NCBI GenBank assembly: GCA_964420555.1
Contig: CAYQTT010000005.1
Coordinates: 151,613-215,612, forward strand
Direction: 5' to 3'
Origin: an uncultured Lentimicrobiaceae bacterium
GTDB taxonomy: Bacteria > Bacteroidota > Bacteroidia > Bacteroidales > UBA4417
DNA length: 64,000 nt
A model generated the notes under the pieces. It saw only the letters and a list, made by a program, of their open reading frames with translations, was not told the origin of the DNA and searched no databases. Positions 44,919-54,225 of this stretch are shown here, in pieces. The position numbers and the translations under genes are program-made. Each line of letters starts with the position of its first letter. Positions within the stretch are counted from its first letter, which is position 1.

Positions 44919-45995
44919 TCAGACATATTCTTTCACCTCAACTTCACCTTTCAGCACCATAAGGCCGTTAAAGGCTAATGCCCGCATTTCATCCTCACCG
45001 GGATAAATATAAACCGGTGCAAATTTATACACTCTTTCGATGATCAGATTAGTGATCCATTTGCTATGAGCTACTCCGCCTGTAAGTAAAATTGCATCCA
45101 CTTCACCCTTGAGCACAGGCACCATTGATCCTATTGATTTGGCAACCTGGTAAGCCATGGCTTCCAGAATAAATTTTGCTTTTTCATCTCCGTTCTGGGC
45201 ATTTTGTTCGGCTTCATAAGCACTGTTGGTGCCCAGGTGAGCTACTATTCCGCCGTTCCCGACTACCATTTTGGTGACTTCCTTTTCGGTGTATTGTCCG
45301 CTGAAGCAAAAACGCACAAGGTCGCCGGTTGGTAAAGTGCCGCTGCGTTCAGGTGAAAACGGGCCTTCGCCGTCGAGGCCCTGGTTTACATCTATCACTC
45401 TTCCTTTGTAATGAGCACCGGTAGTAATTCCTCCGCCCATATGAACCACGATAAGGTTGAGGTCTTCGTAGCGTTTCATGATGCTTTTTGCATGTTGCCT
45501 GGCGATAGCTTTCTGGTTCAACGCATGAAAAATAGAAATACGTTTAAACAACGGATGTCCTGCTACGCGGGCGATTTCGTCGAGTTCGTCAACAACAACA
45601 GGGTCGGCAATATAGGCTTTGGCATTGGGTAATGAGCGCGCAATATCATCAGCTATTAAACCGCCCAGGTTACTGGCATGTTCTTTTATCGGATGTTCAT
45701 GCAAATCGAGCTTCATAGCCTCATTCACCAGGTAAACACCTGAGGAAATAGGTTTCAGCATACCACCGCGGCCAACAACAGCCTGGATTTTATCAAGTTG
45801 AATATCAGCTTCTTCCAGCTCTTTATAAATAATCTCTTTACGGAAATGAAACTGGTCGGCAACGTGCTCAAACTGTGCTATTTCTTCGCTGGGATGCGTT
45901 ATATTCTTCACAAAAATCGGGTTCATGTTCTGATAAACCGCAATTTTTGTTGAAGTGGATCCCGGATTGATAGCCAGTATGCGAAAGTCTTCCAT
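44919..45995 (-). CDS. buk: Butyrate kinase
   Basis: 358 aa with ILAINPGSTSTKIAVY and VVHMGGGIT motifs. Confidence 0.85.
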   Translation of the reverse strand: MEDFRILAINPGSTSTKIAVYQNMNPIFVKNITHPSEEIAQFEHVADQFHFRKEIIYKELEEADIQLDKIQAVVGRGGMLKPISSGVYLVNEAMKLDLHEHPIKEHASNLGGLIADDIARSLPNAKAYIADPVVVDELDEIARVAGHPLFKRISIFHALNQKAIARQHAKSIMKRYEDLNLIVVHMGGGITTGAHYKGRVIDVNQGLDGEGPFSPERSGTLPTGDLVRFCFSGQYTEKEVTKMVVGNGGIVAHLGTNSAYEAEQNAQNGDEKAKFILEAMAYQVAKSIGSMVPVLKGEVDAILLTGGVAHSKWITNLIIERVYKFAPVYIYPGEDEMRALAFNGLMVLKGEVEVKEYV

Positions 45996-46118
45996 AGTTT
46001 TTGGTTAGTTAACGGTTAATGGGAAATGGCAAATAGTCGTATTTGAAATCATCAATATAACGGTTGTTGTTTTTACTATTTTCTATTAACCATTTTCTAT
46101 CAACTTCTTACTTACATG

Positions 46119-47021
46119 CTAAGCCATCAAAGCAGCAAGAGCAATTGAATAGGTTTTAGTGAGAGCACTGTCGCCGCGTGAAGTCAATACGCAAGGTACG
46201 CGTGCACCGGCTACGTATGCAGCTAATTCAGCTCCGGCTAATTTGGTTCCGCCTTTGAAGAATACATTTCCTGATTCGATATTCGGGAACAAAAGGCAGT
46301 CAGCATCACCTGCAACCGGACCTGTAATTTTCTTTATCTGAACTGATTCCATATCGATTGCTGCATCAAGCGACAGAGGTCCATCAACCACGCAACCTGC
46401 AATTTGTCCGCGGTCGCTCATTTTTGCAAGTATGGCGCCATCAACACATGCAGGCATTCCGGCAAGCATTTGTTCGGTGGCAGCAATAACGGCTACTTTT
46501 GGTTTTTCTACACCGGTAGCTTTCGAAACTTTTACCAGGTAATCGACCATTTTAATTTTTTGTTTCAGGTCGGGCTGCGGAATAATGGCTACATCGGCAA
46601 TAGTAAGCAGTTTGTGGTATGCAGGGAATTCCATAACAGTAACATGCGAAAGAACAGCTCCTTCGTTGGTAATACCTGCGACTTTATTTAAAATGGCACG
46701 CATGTATTTATCGGTACTCAGCGATCCTTTCATCAAAAGGTTGGCTTTTCCTTCGTTGATAAGCTGAACGGCAAGGGTGGCTGCTTTTGCTTCATTAGGC
46801 TCATGAAGGATTTCGAATTTGGACGCATCCATTTGATGATCCGCACATATTTTTTCAATAGTTGCTTTGTCACCGGTGAGGGTAGCGTCAACTATTCCTT
46901 TTTCAACAGCCGAGTAAACAGCTTCGATGGTGTGTGCATCATTTGCGTACGCAACTGACAGGCGTTTTTTTGATTTGCTCTTCAGCAAATCAAACATTTG
47001 ATCTAATTTTGTAATGGCCAT
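46119..47021 (-). CDS. ptb: Phosphate butyryltransferase
   Basis: 300 aa, PTA_PTB family features, immediately upstream of buk on the same strand. Confidence 0.8.
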   Translation of the reverse strand: MAITKLDQMFDLLKSKSKKRLSVAYANDAHTIEAVYSAVEKGIVDATLTGDKATIEKICADHQMDASKFEILHEPNEAKAATLAVQLINEGKANLLMKGSLSTDKYMRAILNKVAGITNEGAVLSHVTVMEFPAYHKLLTIADVAIIPQPDLKQKIKMVDYLVKVSKATGVEKPKVAVIAATEQMLAGMPACVDGAILAKMSDRGQIAGCVVDGPLSLDAAIDMESVQIKKITGPVAGDADCLLFPNIESGNVFFKGGTKLAGAELAAYVAGARVPCVLTSRGDSALTKTYSIALAALMA

Positions 47022-47201
47022 ATGCCCTCCTGAGATTATGTATTGTTAATGTGATAACACGTAAAAGAATAAAAATTCCAATTTTTTAGGGCTGCAAAAT
47101 TAGTTATTTTTCAGTCACTTCCGATAGATAACTTATAGTTTTATTGCTATTTAGAATATATATAAGTAAGGGGAATTTATCCGTGAATGGAAAAGTTACA
47201 A

Positions 47202-47336
47202 GATTGATGAGATTGAAAGGATTGATGAGATTGAGGCCGGAATATCAGAACCTGAATCCGGGGAAGAAAGTTTGATGATTGATGAGATTGAAAGGATTGA
47301 TGAGATTGATAGCGGAATACCAGAACTTGAATCCGG
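47202..47336 (+). repeat. Word-stutter island: GATTGAnnn 9-mers arranged as two ~59-bp imperfect direct repeats
   Basis: GATTGATGAGATTGAAAGGATTGATGAGATTGA occurs at 47202..47234 and 47277..47309. Each is followed by (g/a)gc(c/g)GGAATA(t/c)CAGAAC(c/t)TGAATCCGG. The words are reverse complements of the TCAATCC words at 24.9 kb. Confidence 0.9.
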
Positions 47337-47399
47337 ATTAGAGCGTTTTACTATTCGGGATTTTCTCAATACGTCGGCTCTTTCGCTGCACCCTGCAGA

Positions 47400-48674
47400 T
47401 TAATTTGCGTAATAATCAATCATTCTCTGAATCGCTTCTGAACATACTGGACAGAATTTATCACCTTTAAACGAACGCATCAGGCAATCGGGTGTTGGAC
47501 GGTACAGTCCTTTTGCTACGTATCCGGCTCCTTCGTAAACACCCAATTGCAAAGCATAGGTGTTTTTATCGAGTGGTGTGGGCACAGGCGTATTGGCCGG
47601 TAGCATATGCTGCCACTTGTTTTCGAACTTTACCAGGTTGGTAATGTTGGGTTCCCAGGGTTCGACGTTAAGAGGGTACATATCGTTGAAAGCAGTTGAG
47701 CCATCATCGTATTCGTCGCCTAAAGCGGCAAATCCATGCCCGAATTCGTGAACGAAAATTTTTGCCGCCGAGGCATTACTGTTCACCGAAGTGCTGTAGA
47801 AATTGTAAATGGCACCACCGCCGTATTTGGTAGAGTTTACAAGAATATAAATTTGTTCGTAAGGCGCGTTGGCAGCCAGATTACGTACGCTTCTAAAATC
47901 GGATGTCATCAGGTACCTTTCGCTATCGAAAGTATAAAATGAACTGTTCATGATGGTGTTTTTCCAGGTATTATCGCCCGGAATATCGGTACCGCTTTCG
48001 GCTGAAGGCGCCAACACTGCCCGGATATTAAATTTGTCGCGGTTTTGTGCAAAAGGGTCAAATTTAAAAAGTTCAGCGGCAAATTTGTCGCAGTCAGCTT
48101 TGAACTTATCCATCTCGGCTGCAGTATAGCCTTCGGGCAAAATAACCACATCAATTTTTGTAGCCGGATCGCCGGATATAAGTGCATCATACACAGGAAA
48201 AACCATTTGTCTTTCGTCCGAAATAAAGTAATTTTTTACTTCAACGGTGTATTCATATTTCTTTTCAAAAATCCCCATGAAATTACGGCTGAGAATTTCG
48301 ATCCGTACATCCTTCTTAGGAAAAGGCATCACAACTGTTTCGGTAAACGTGCGGGTAGTTTTTTTAGCTTCATCAGTAAACTGCCATTCGTTAAACAGGG
48401 TGCAGTATCCGCGGCTGTAAATCAGAGTGTTGGATTGAACATCAAAAACATTGAAATAATACTCCCCGTAATTCAGCGTATCGATCAGGTTAATATGCGA
48501 TCCTCCCCAATATGGTTCCGATTTAACCTGGTCGAGCGAATAAATCTCACTGGACGAATTACCGGTATGGTAATAATCGACCCGCAGTGTTTTGTTCATA
48601 AACCATTCGTCGAAAGAAGCGGATGCCTGCAGGGTTGCAGCTATCAGTATGAAAAGAAGGATCAGGTTTTTCAT
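47400..48674 (-). CDS. M64 family (IgA peptidase-like) metallopeptidase, secreted
   Basis: 424 aa with a signal peptide and the zinc motif VHEFGHGFAALGDEY. Confidence 0.8.
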   Translation of the reverse strand: MKNLILLFILIAATLQASASFDEWFMNKTLRVDYYHTGNSSSEIYSLDQVKSEPYWGGSHINLIDTLNYGEYYFNVFDVQSNTLIYSRGYCTLFNEWQFTDEAKKTTRTFTETVVMPFPKKDVRIEILSRNFMGIFEKKYEYTVEVKNYFISDERQMVFPVYDALISGDPATKIDVVILPEGYTAAEMDKFKADCDKFAAELFKFDPFAQNRDKFNIRAVLAPSAESGTDIPGDNTWKNTIMNSSFYTFDSERYLMTSDFRSVRNLAANAPYEQIYILVNSTKYGGGAIYNFYSTSVNSNASAAKIFVHEFGHGFAALGDEYDDGSTAFNDMYPLNVEPWEPNITNLVKFENKWQHMLPANTPVPTPLDKNTYALQLGVYEGAGYVAKGLYRPTPDCLMRSFKGDKFCPVCSEAIQRMIDYYAN

Positions 48675-48913
48675 TGGACAGGATTATTTTATTTTACGCT
48701 TCAAAAGTATTAAATGTAATGGAATGAGCTATGATTTCTGAATCAAATCCGAAAGTATCTGTAATCTAATATAAAACTACTATTTTCGCCTCTGTTTTTG
48801 TGTCAATCAGGCAACAAATTCCGATCAAAAAATGCTTAAACAAATCCCTATGCCCGATTGTTTTAGTATAAAATGAAGTAGTTCGTTAAAAATTAAAAAA
48901 GAAGAGTAACATA

Positions 48914-49924
48914 ATGTCAGTAACTGATAAAACCCAAAAAAACACTGAAGAGCGATGGGTTAAAATAATAGCTCCATACCGTAACGGGGACAATTTACAT
49001 AGCTGGTGGCAGATTATCAATACGTTTGTACCTTACGCTGCCTTATGGGTGCTGATGGTTATCAGTCTAAATTATAATTATTGGATTACCTTACCCTTAA
49101 TACTTCTGGCTTCCGGTTTCCTGGTACGGTTGTTTATTATTTTTCACGATTGCGGACATGGTTCCTTTTTCAATTCGAAACAGCTGAGCGAGATTGTAGG
49201 GTATATATTCGGCGTACTTGCTTTCACACCTTATCACCGATGGCATCATTCGCACCTGATACATCACCGTACCGTTGGAAATCTGGATAAACGCGGTTTA
49301 GGCGATGTATGGACACTAACGGTTGACGAATATCTTGCTTTACCTAAACGTAAACAGCTTGCGTACCGTATTTTCCGGAATCCGTTTATTATGTTCGGAC
49401 TGGGAGCGGCCCTGCTTTTCCTTGTCGGAAACCGGTTTACCCGGAAGGGCTTTTCGAAAAAAGAGAAAATGAGTGTTTATGCAACTAATATTGGTATTGC
49501 AGTGCTTGCAACCACACTCAGCCTTACCATTGGCTGGAAGGCTTATCTGCTCATACAACTTCCGGTAATGTATTTCGCGGCTATTGGTGGAGTTTATCTT
49601 TTTTACCTGCAGCACCAGTTCGACGGAACACATTGGTATAATGATGACGAATGGGATTTTAAAACCGTGGCGCTTCACGGGAGTTCCTATTATAAACTGC
49701 CGAAAATTCTGCAATGGTTTTCGGGAAATATCGGGTTTCACCATGTGCATCACCTGAGCTCGAAAATACCGAATTACAGGTTGGAGAAATGCCATAATGA
49801 AAATGAGATTTTCAATTCGATCAAACCGATAGAATTCCTTCAGGGGTTTAAATATGTAAACCTGAAATTATGGGATGCAAAGGCAGGGCGGTTAATACGG
49901 TTTAAAGATTTAAAAATGGTGTGA
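48914..49924 (+). CDS. Fatty acid desaturase (membrane, di-iron)
   Basis: 336 aa with three His boxes: HDCGHGS, HRWHHSHLIHH and HHVHH. Confidence 0.85.
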   Translation: MSVTDKTQKNTEERWVKIIAPYRNGDNLHSWWQIINTFVPYAALWVLMVISLNYNYWITLPLILLASGFLVRLFIIFHDCGHGSFFNSKQLSEIVGYIFGVLAFTPYHRWHHSHLIHHRTVGNLDKRGLGDVWTLTVDEYLALPKRKQLAYRIFRNPFIMFGLGAALLFLVGNRFTRKGFSKKEKMSVYATNIGIAVLATTLSLTIGWKAYLLIQLPVMYFAAIGGVYLFYLQHQFDGTHWYNDDEWDFKTVALHGSSYYKLPKILQWFSGNIGFHHVHHLSSKIPNYRLEKCHNENEIFNSIKPIEFLQGFKYVNLKLWDAKAGRLIRFKDLKMV

Positions 49925-49928
49925 CGTT

Positions 49929-49950
49929 GAGACGCGCGATCGCGCGTCTC
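49929..49950 (+). repeat. 22-bp perfect palindrome GAGACGCGCGATCGCGCGTCTC, 5 nt after the desaturase stop
   Basis: It has the same GAGACGCG...CGCGTCTC arms as the prophage hairpins at 2428, 5617 and 5668. Confidence 0.8.
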
Positions 49951-50149
49951 ATCTTCTATTATTCCCAATAGTAGATTTTGATTGTTTATTTGCATTTTCA
50001 ATAGAAAGCTGTGATAACAAAATCCAGCCTGGCGAAGTGTGATCGCTCATCAATGCTCGTTCAGGGAAATTTAAACGGATGAAGGATTGTTTATACCGAC
50101 TTATTTATATCTTTATCCCCTCTATCTGAATGTTAAAATCCTGCTGTTT

Positions 50150-52108
50150 ATGAAAAAAATATCCTTCCTTTTCCTGCTTGTTTGTTTGTCGGTTTCGGCT
50201 GCTTTTGCCGGTCCTTACGACGATCTGATTAAAAAAGCAGGTGATAAAAAATCGTTTCCGGGCTCGAATGTGCTGGTGATTTTCGACAGTACCCGTGTCG
50301 AAATGATGGAAACCGGGCTTAGCCACAATTACATTCACAGGCTTTACAAAGTGCTTACTCCCGAAGGAGCAAAAACTTTATCAGTAATAAAATTCGATTA
50401 CGATCCGCTATCTGCATGGTCCGAAATACGGAGCGTAACCATTTATCGTGCCGATGGATCTAAGACTGCAGTTGATACCGCCAAAGTACTCGATTATCCT
50501 CAACCTGCTCGGGCCATTTACTGGGGAGCGCGTGAGAAAATGATTGAAGTTGGTCGTCTCGAACCTGGCGATGCCGTGGAGGTTCATTTGTATCGCAAAG
50601 GATTTACATACGCCTTGCTCACAAGCCAAAGCGATGACGAAAGGTATATTCCGCCAATGAAGGGTCATTTTTATGATATCGTTCCGTTTTATGGCAGTGA
50701 TCCGGTTCTTTTAAAAGTTTACCAGATCAGTGTGCCTGATACCAAGATGTTGCAGTTCGAAGTTTATAACGGCGAAGTTTCGTCAAAAATGTGGCGTAAA
50801 GGCGACAGGCTGGTTTACACTTTTGCAAAAAAAGATATGTTGCCTTTTAAAGCCGAGCCCCGCTCAGTGGACCCATCAGATATTGCGCCTAAATTATTAA
50901 TGAGCACCAGCCCCGACTGGCAGTCGAAAAGCACCTGGTTTTATGGCGTAAACGAAGATTATAAAAGTTTTGAAGCCAATGATGATATCCGCAAAAAAGT
51001 AAATGAATTACTTCGTAATGCCCGTACCGAGCTTGATTCGGTTACCATCCTCACACACTGGGCCGGGGATGAAATCCGCTATTCGGGAATAAGCATGGGT
51101 GTTGGCGAAGGTTACACCTTGCACTCCGGCGAAATGAATTTTACCGACCGATGCGGCGTGTGTAAAGATAAAGCCGGAATGCTTATTACCATGCTCAGGG
51201 CTGCCGGTTTCGAAGCATACCCGGCTATGACAATGGCCGGTTCGCGTATCGATTACATTCCTGCCGACCAGTTTAACCATTGTGTTACAGTTGTGAAAAG
51301 CAAAGCCGACGGGAAATATCATCTTCTTGACCCAACCTGGGTGCCTTTTGTCCGCGAACTCTGGTCGAGTGCCGAGCAGCAGCAGAATTACCTTATGGGT
51401 GTTCCCGAAGGTGCTGATCTGGCTGAAACGCCTATTTCAAATCCCTCGAACCATTACCTGCGGATGAGCGGAATGACTAATATTTCAGCCGATGGAACCC
51501 TCGAAGGCGAATACAATGTTATGGCCGAAGGGCAGACTGATGCAGCAGTGCGTGGTATGTTTACCCGCGCTTATATGGCCGACTGGGTTGCAAATGTTGA
51601 GAAAGAAGTTTTGCGTATTTCGCCCCTGGCTCAATTGGTAAAAGTTACTTACGACGATCCTTATAATTATTTAGCAGGACCGATACAGATGCATTTCCGT
51701 ATCCGGATTCCTGATTATGCAACGGTTGCCGGAGATGAACTTATTTTTTCACCTTTCCTGGCAAAAGGATTTATGAAACGTGCCATGCCTCATACCTCAT
51801 TCGATACCGGTCTGAAAAACCGTAACTATCCATTCCGCGACCGTACTTCACATACCGTTGAAATCACCGAAAAAATTACCCTTCCGGGTATCAAAGAAAT
51901 TGTTTATTCACCGGCTCCTGCTTCGGGCGATGGGAGCGGAGCCCAGTTTTATGGCATCGTGAAAATGGAAGATAATGCACTCAAATTTGCATTTAATGCC
52001 ACATATCCAAAACGAATTTACCAACCCGAAGACTGGGAATCATTCCGCAAGGCAGTGGAAGGTCAGGAAACTTTTTCGGCTGAACCGGTGATTGTTAAAG
52101 TGAGGTAG
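50150..52108 (+). CDS. DUF3857 plus transglutaminase-like domain protein, secreted
   Basis: The ATG at 50150 gives MKKISFLFLLVCLSVSAAFAG. A transglutaminase-core Cys lies in DRCGVCKDKAGMLITMLRAAG. Confidence 0.65.
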   Translation: MKKISFLFLLVCLSVSAAFAGPYDDLIKKAGDKKSFPGSNVLVIFDSTRVEMMETGLSHNYIHRLYKVLTPEGAKTLSVIKFDYDPLSAWSEIRSVTIYRADGSKTAVDTAKVLDYPQPARAIYWGAREKMIEVGRLEPGDAVEVHLYRKGFTYALLTSQSDDERYIPPMKGHFYDIVPFYGSDPVLLKVYQISVPDTKMLQFEVYNGEVSSKMWRKGDRLVYTFAKKDMLPFKAEPRSVDPSDIAPKLLMSTSPDWQSKSTWFYGVNEDYKSFEANDDIRKKVNELLRNARTELDSVTILTHWAGDEIRYSGISMGVGEGYTLHSGEMNFTDRCGVCKDKAGMLITMLRAAGFEAYPAMTMAGSRIDYIPADQFNHCVTVVKSKADGKYHLLDPTWVPFVRELWSSAEQQQNYLMGVPEGADLAETPISNPSNHYLRMSGMTNISADGTLEGEYNVMAEGQTDAAVRGMFTRAYMADWVANVEKEVLRISPLAQLVKVTYDDPYNYLAGPIQMHFRIRIPDYATVAGDELIFSPFLAKGFMKRAMPHTSFDTGLKNRNYPFRDRTSHTVEITEKITLPGIKEIVYSPAPASGDGSGAQFYGIVKMEDNALKFAFNATYPKRIYQPEDWESFRKAVEGQETFSAEPVIVKVR

Positions 52109-52116
52109 GAAATCGG

Positions 52117-52144
52117 GATTTACGAATGACGATTTACGAATGAC
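52117..52144 (+). repeat. 2 x 14-bp tandem GATTTACGAATGAC, with an inverted partial copy TCGTAAATC ~55 nt downstream
   Basis: Read directly. ACCTCGTAAAT is also found at ~35052 in another island. Confidence 0.8.
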
Positions 52145-52245
52145 AAGTTGAAGGAAATCAGTAAGATAAAAAAAAGTTTTACAGAACAACCCTACCTCGT
52201 AAATCATAATTAAATCAATGAGTTAAAACAAGTAACATAAAAATT

Positions 52246-54069
52246 ATGATCAACAAGATATTCATCCTCACCGCAATTCTCTTTATCAGTCTTGCCTCCG
52301 GAGCCCAGGAAATAACATCCGATGCCGTTTACCAGGAACAGACTAAAGAGTTCACATTGAATAAAGATGGCAGCTGGACTTATCATTACAGCCATAAGCT
52401 GTTGATTAATTCCTATTTTGCGTTTCATAACCTGTATGGCGAGGATTTTATAATATATGATCCTGCTTTTCAGAAACTGAAAGTAAACCGTTCGGTTACT
52501 AACATGGTCGATGGCAAGCAGGTTGCTTCGCCCGCTAATGCGTACAATGAAGTGTTGCCCGGTTTTGCGGCCAATGTACCGGCATGGAACCGCCTGCGCG
52601 AGATGGTTGTAACCCACACTGCTCTCGAACGTGGCTCAGTCATTGATTTTGATTATACACTAACCTCTGCAAAAGGATACAGCCAGGCAATGATGGGCAA
52701 CGAACAGCTTTTGATGAATTCGCCTGTAAAAAAACTTACGTTTAAAATTAATGTGCCTTCGGGAGCGAAAATTAACTTTGAACAATTTAATATTCCGGGA
52801 AAACCTACTGTAGTGAAATCGGGTGGAAACACTTCATATACCTGGACTCTCACGGATTTGCCTGCCGCTTTGCGCGAAGATTTCAGGCCACGCGAGCAGC
52901 AGAACAGACCGGTAATAGTTTTTGTTGCATCCAATAAAACAACGGATGCTTTGGCCGGATTCGCCTCACAGGAAGCTTTTAAATGCGAAATTACTCCTGA
53001 AGCAAAAGCAAAAGCTGCTGAAACTGTTTCCGGAATTGACAATCCTTTGCTCAAAACACTTAAGCTCCAGGAAATGGTTGCCAATGAACTGAATACCTGG
53101 CGGGTACCTTTACAAAATATCGGTTACGCCGTAAGGACTATTAATTCAATATGGCAAAGCAATGGCGGAACTGAAGCCGAAAAAGCAATACTTTTTACGG
53201 CAATGCTTCGGTCGCAGAATATTCAGGCTGAGCCTGTTGCCGTGGTTGCAGAACGATATTATTCCAAAAAAGTTTCGTCACCGGCATTGGTTGAGCGTTT
53301 CCTGGTGAAAGTAAGTATACAGGGAATGGATCCCATTTTTCTTTCACCTACTCAATCCGACCAGCAGGAATTAAGTTACACACTCGGTGGCAAAAGGCTT
53401 ATTTCGCTTGTTCAGGGGAAATCACAGCCATCGGAAGTAATAGCGGAATCAAAAAACAGCCTGGCTCTTTCCGGAAACCTTCAGCTCAATGCTGATCTGA
53501 GTCTAAAAGGCAATATGAACCTTGAACTCGGCGGCCGCTTAAATCCCTGGCTGAAAATGCAAAAGGACACAGCTTCTGTTACTTCTATGCTTTCGGCAGC
53601 TACCGGCAAAAGTAAAATCACCAACATTGTTAAAGGTAAAACAGATGCCGACCTTTCGTCGTTCAGTTTCGGTATGGATGCAAATTCATATGCTGACGAA
53701 AAAGCAGGGCATGTTTTCCTGAAACTTCCGGCCATGGCAAGCGGATCGGACGGCTGGCATATGACTGAGCTGATAATCAAGCGTACCGAGCCGTTGGAAA
53801 TACCTTTCCTGATAAACGAATCGTATGATATTTTTATCACACTACCCGAAGGAATGAACCTGGTTTCGCCTGAAGCAAAGCTTACTATGAATAACGAATT
53901 CGGGAGTATTGATGTTTCGATATCCACCGAAGGAAACCAACTTCATATCATAAGGAAAATCAATATTATAAAAACCTATGTTCCGGCAGAAAAGTACGAA
54001 ACATTTAAAATGCTGATCAATAGCTGGAACAATAAAAAGTACAGGGAGGTTGTGCTGAAGAAAGACTGA
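52246..54069 (+). CDS. DUF3857/DUF3858-like secreted protein (paralogous partner of the preceding gene)
   Basis: 607 aa with a signal peptide (MINKIFILTAILFISLASGAQE). Its domain layout resembles the upstream gene but lacks the catalytic Cys context. Confidence 0.5.
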   Translation: MINKIFILTAILFISLASGAQEITSDAVYQEQTKEFTLNKDGSWTYHYSHKLLINSYFAFHNLYGEDFIIYDPAFQKLKVNRSVTNMVDGKQVASPANAYNEVLPGFAANVPAWNRLREMVVTHTALERGSVIDFDYTLTSAKGYSQAMMGNEQLLMNSPVKKLTFKINVPSGAKINFEQFNIPGKPTVVKSGGNTSYTWTLTDLPAALREDFRPREQQNRPVIVFVASNKTTDALAGFASQEAFKCEITPEAKAKAAETVSGIDNPLLKTLKLQEMVANELNTWRVPLQNIGYAVRTINSIWQSNGGTEAEKAILFTAMLRSQNIQAEPVAVVAERYYSKKVSSPALVERFLVKVSIQGMDPIFLSPTQSDQQELSYTLGGKRLISLVQGKSQPSEVIAESKNSLALSGNLQLNADLSLKGNMNLELGGRLNPWLKMQKDTASVTSMLSAATGKSKITNIVKGKTDADLSSFSFGMDANSYADEKAGHVFLKLPAMASGSDGWHMTELIIKRTEPLEIPFLINESYDIFITLPEGMNLVSPEAKLTMNNEFGSIDVSISTEGNQLHIIRKINIIKTYVPAEKYETFKMLINSWNNKKYREVVLKKD

Positions 54070-54225
54070 TAACCCTTGTTTTCAGAATCTTGCGAATTAC
54101 TTTCGATTCCCTTTCAATCCATTTGCAGTAGCAGTAAAGGAGAATTCCATTTACCTGGTACTCTAAAGTTTATAATTGTTAATTCCGAAACTTTGCTTAT
54201 GTTTGTTGTAAAGACAGGCAGATAA

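Noticed and set aside
44919-47021. ptb-buk as an unusual fermentation island
   Set aside because: The pair is a standard operon in many anaerobic Bacteroidota, used for butyrate or branched-chain acyl metabolism. The gene order and motifs are conventional.
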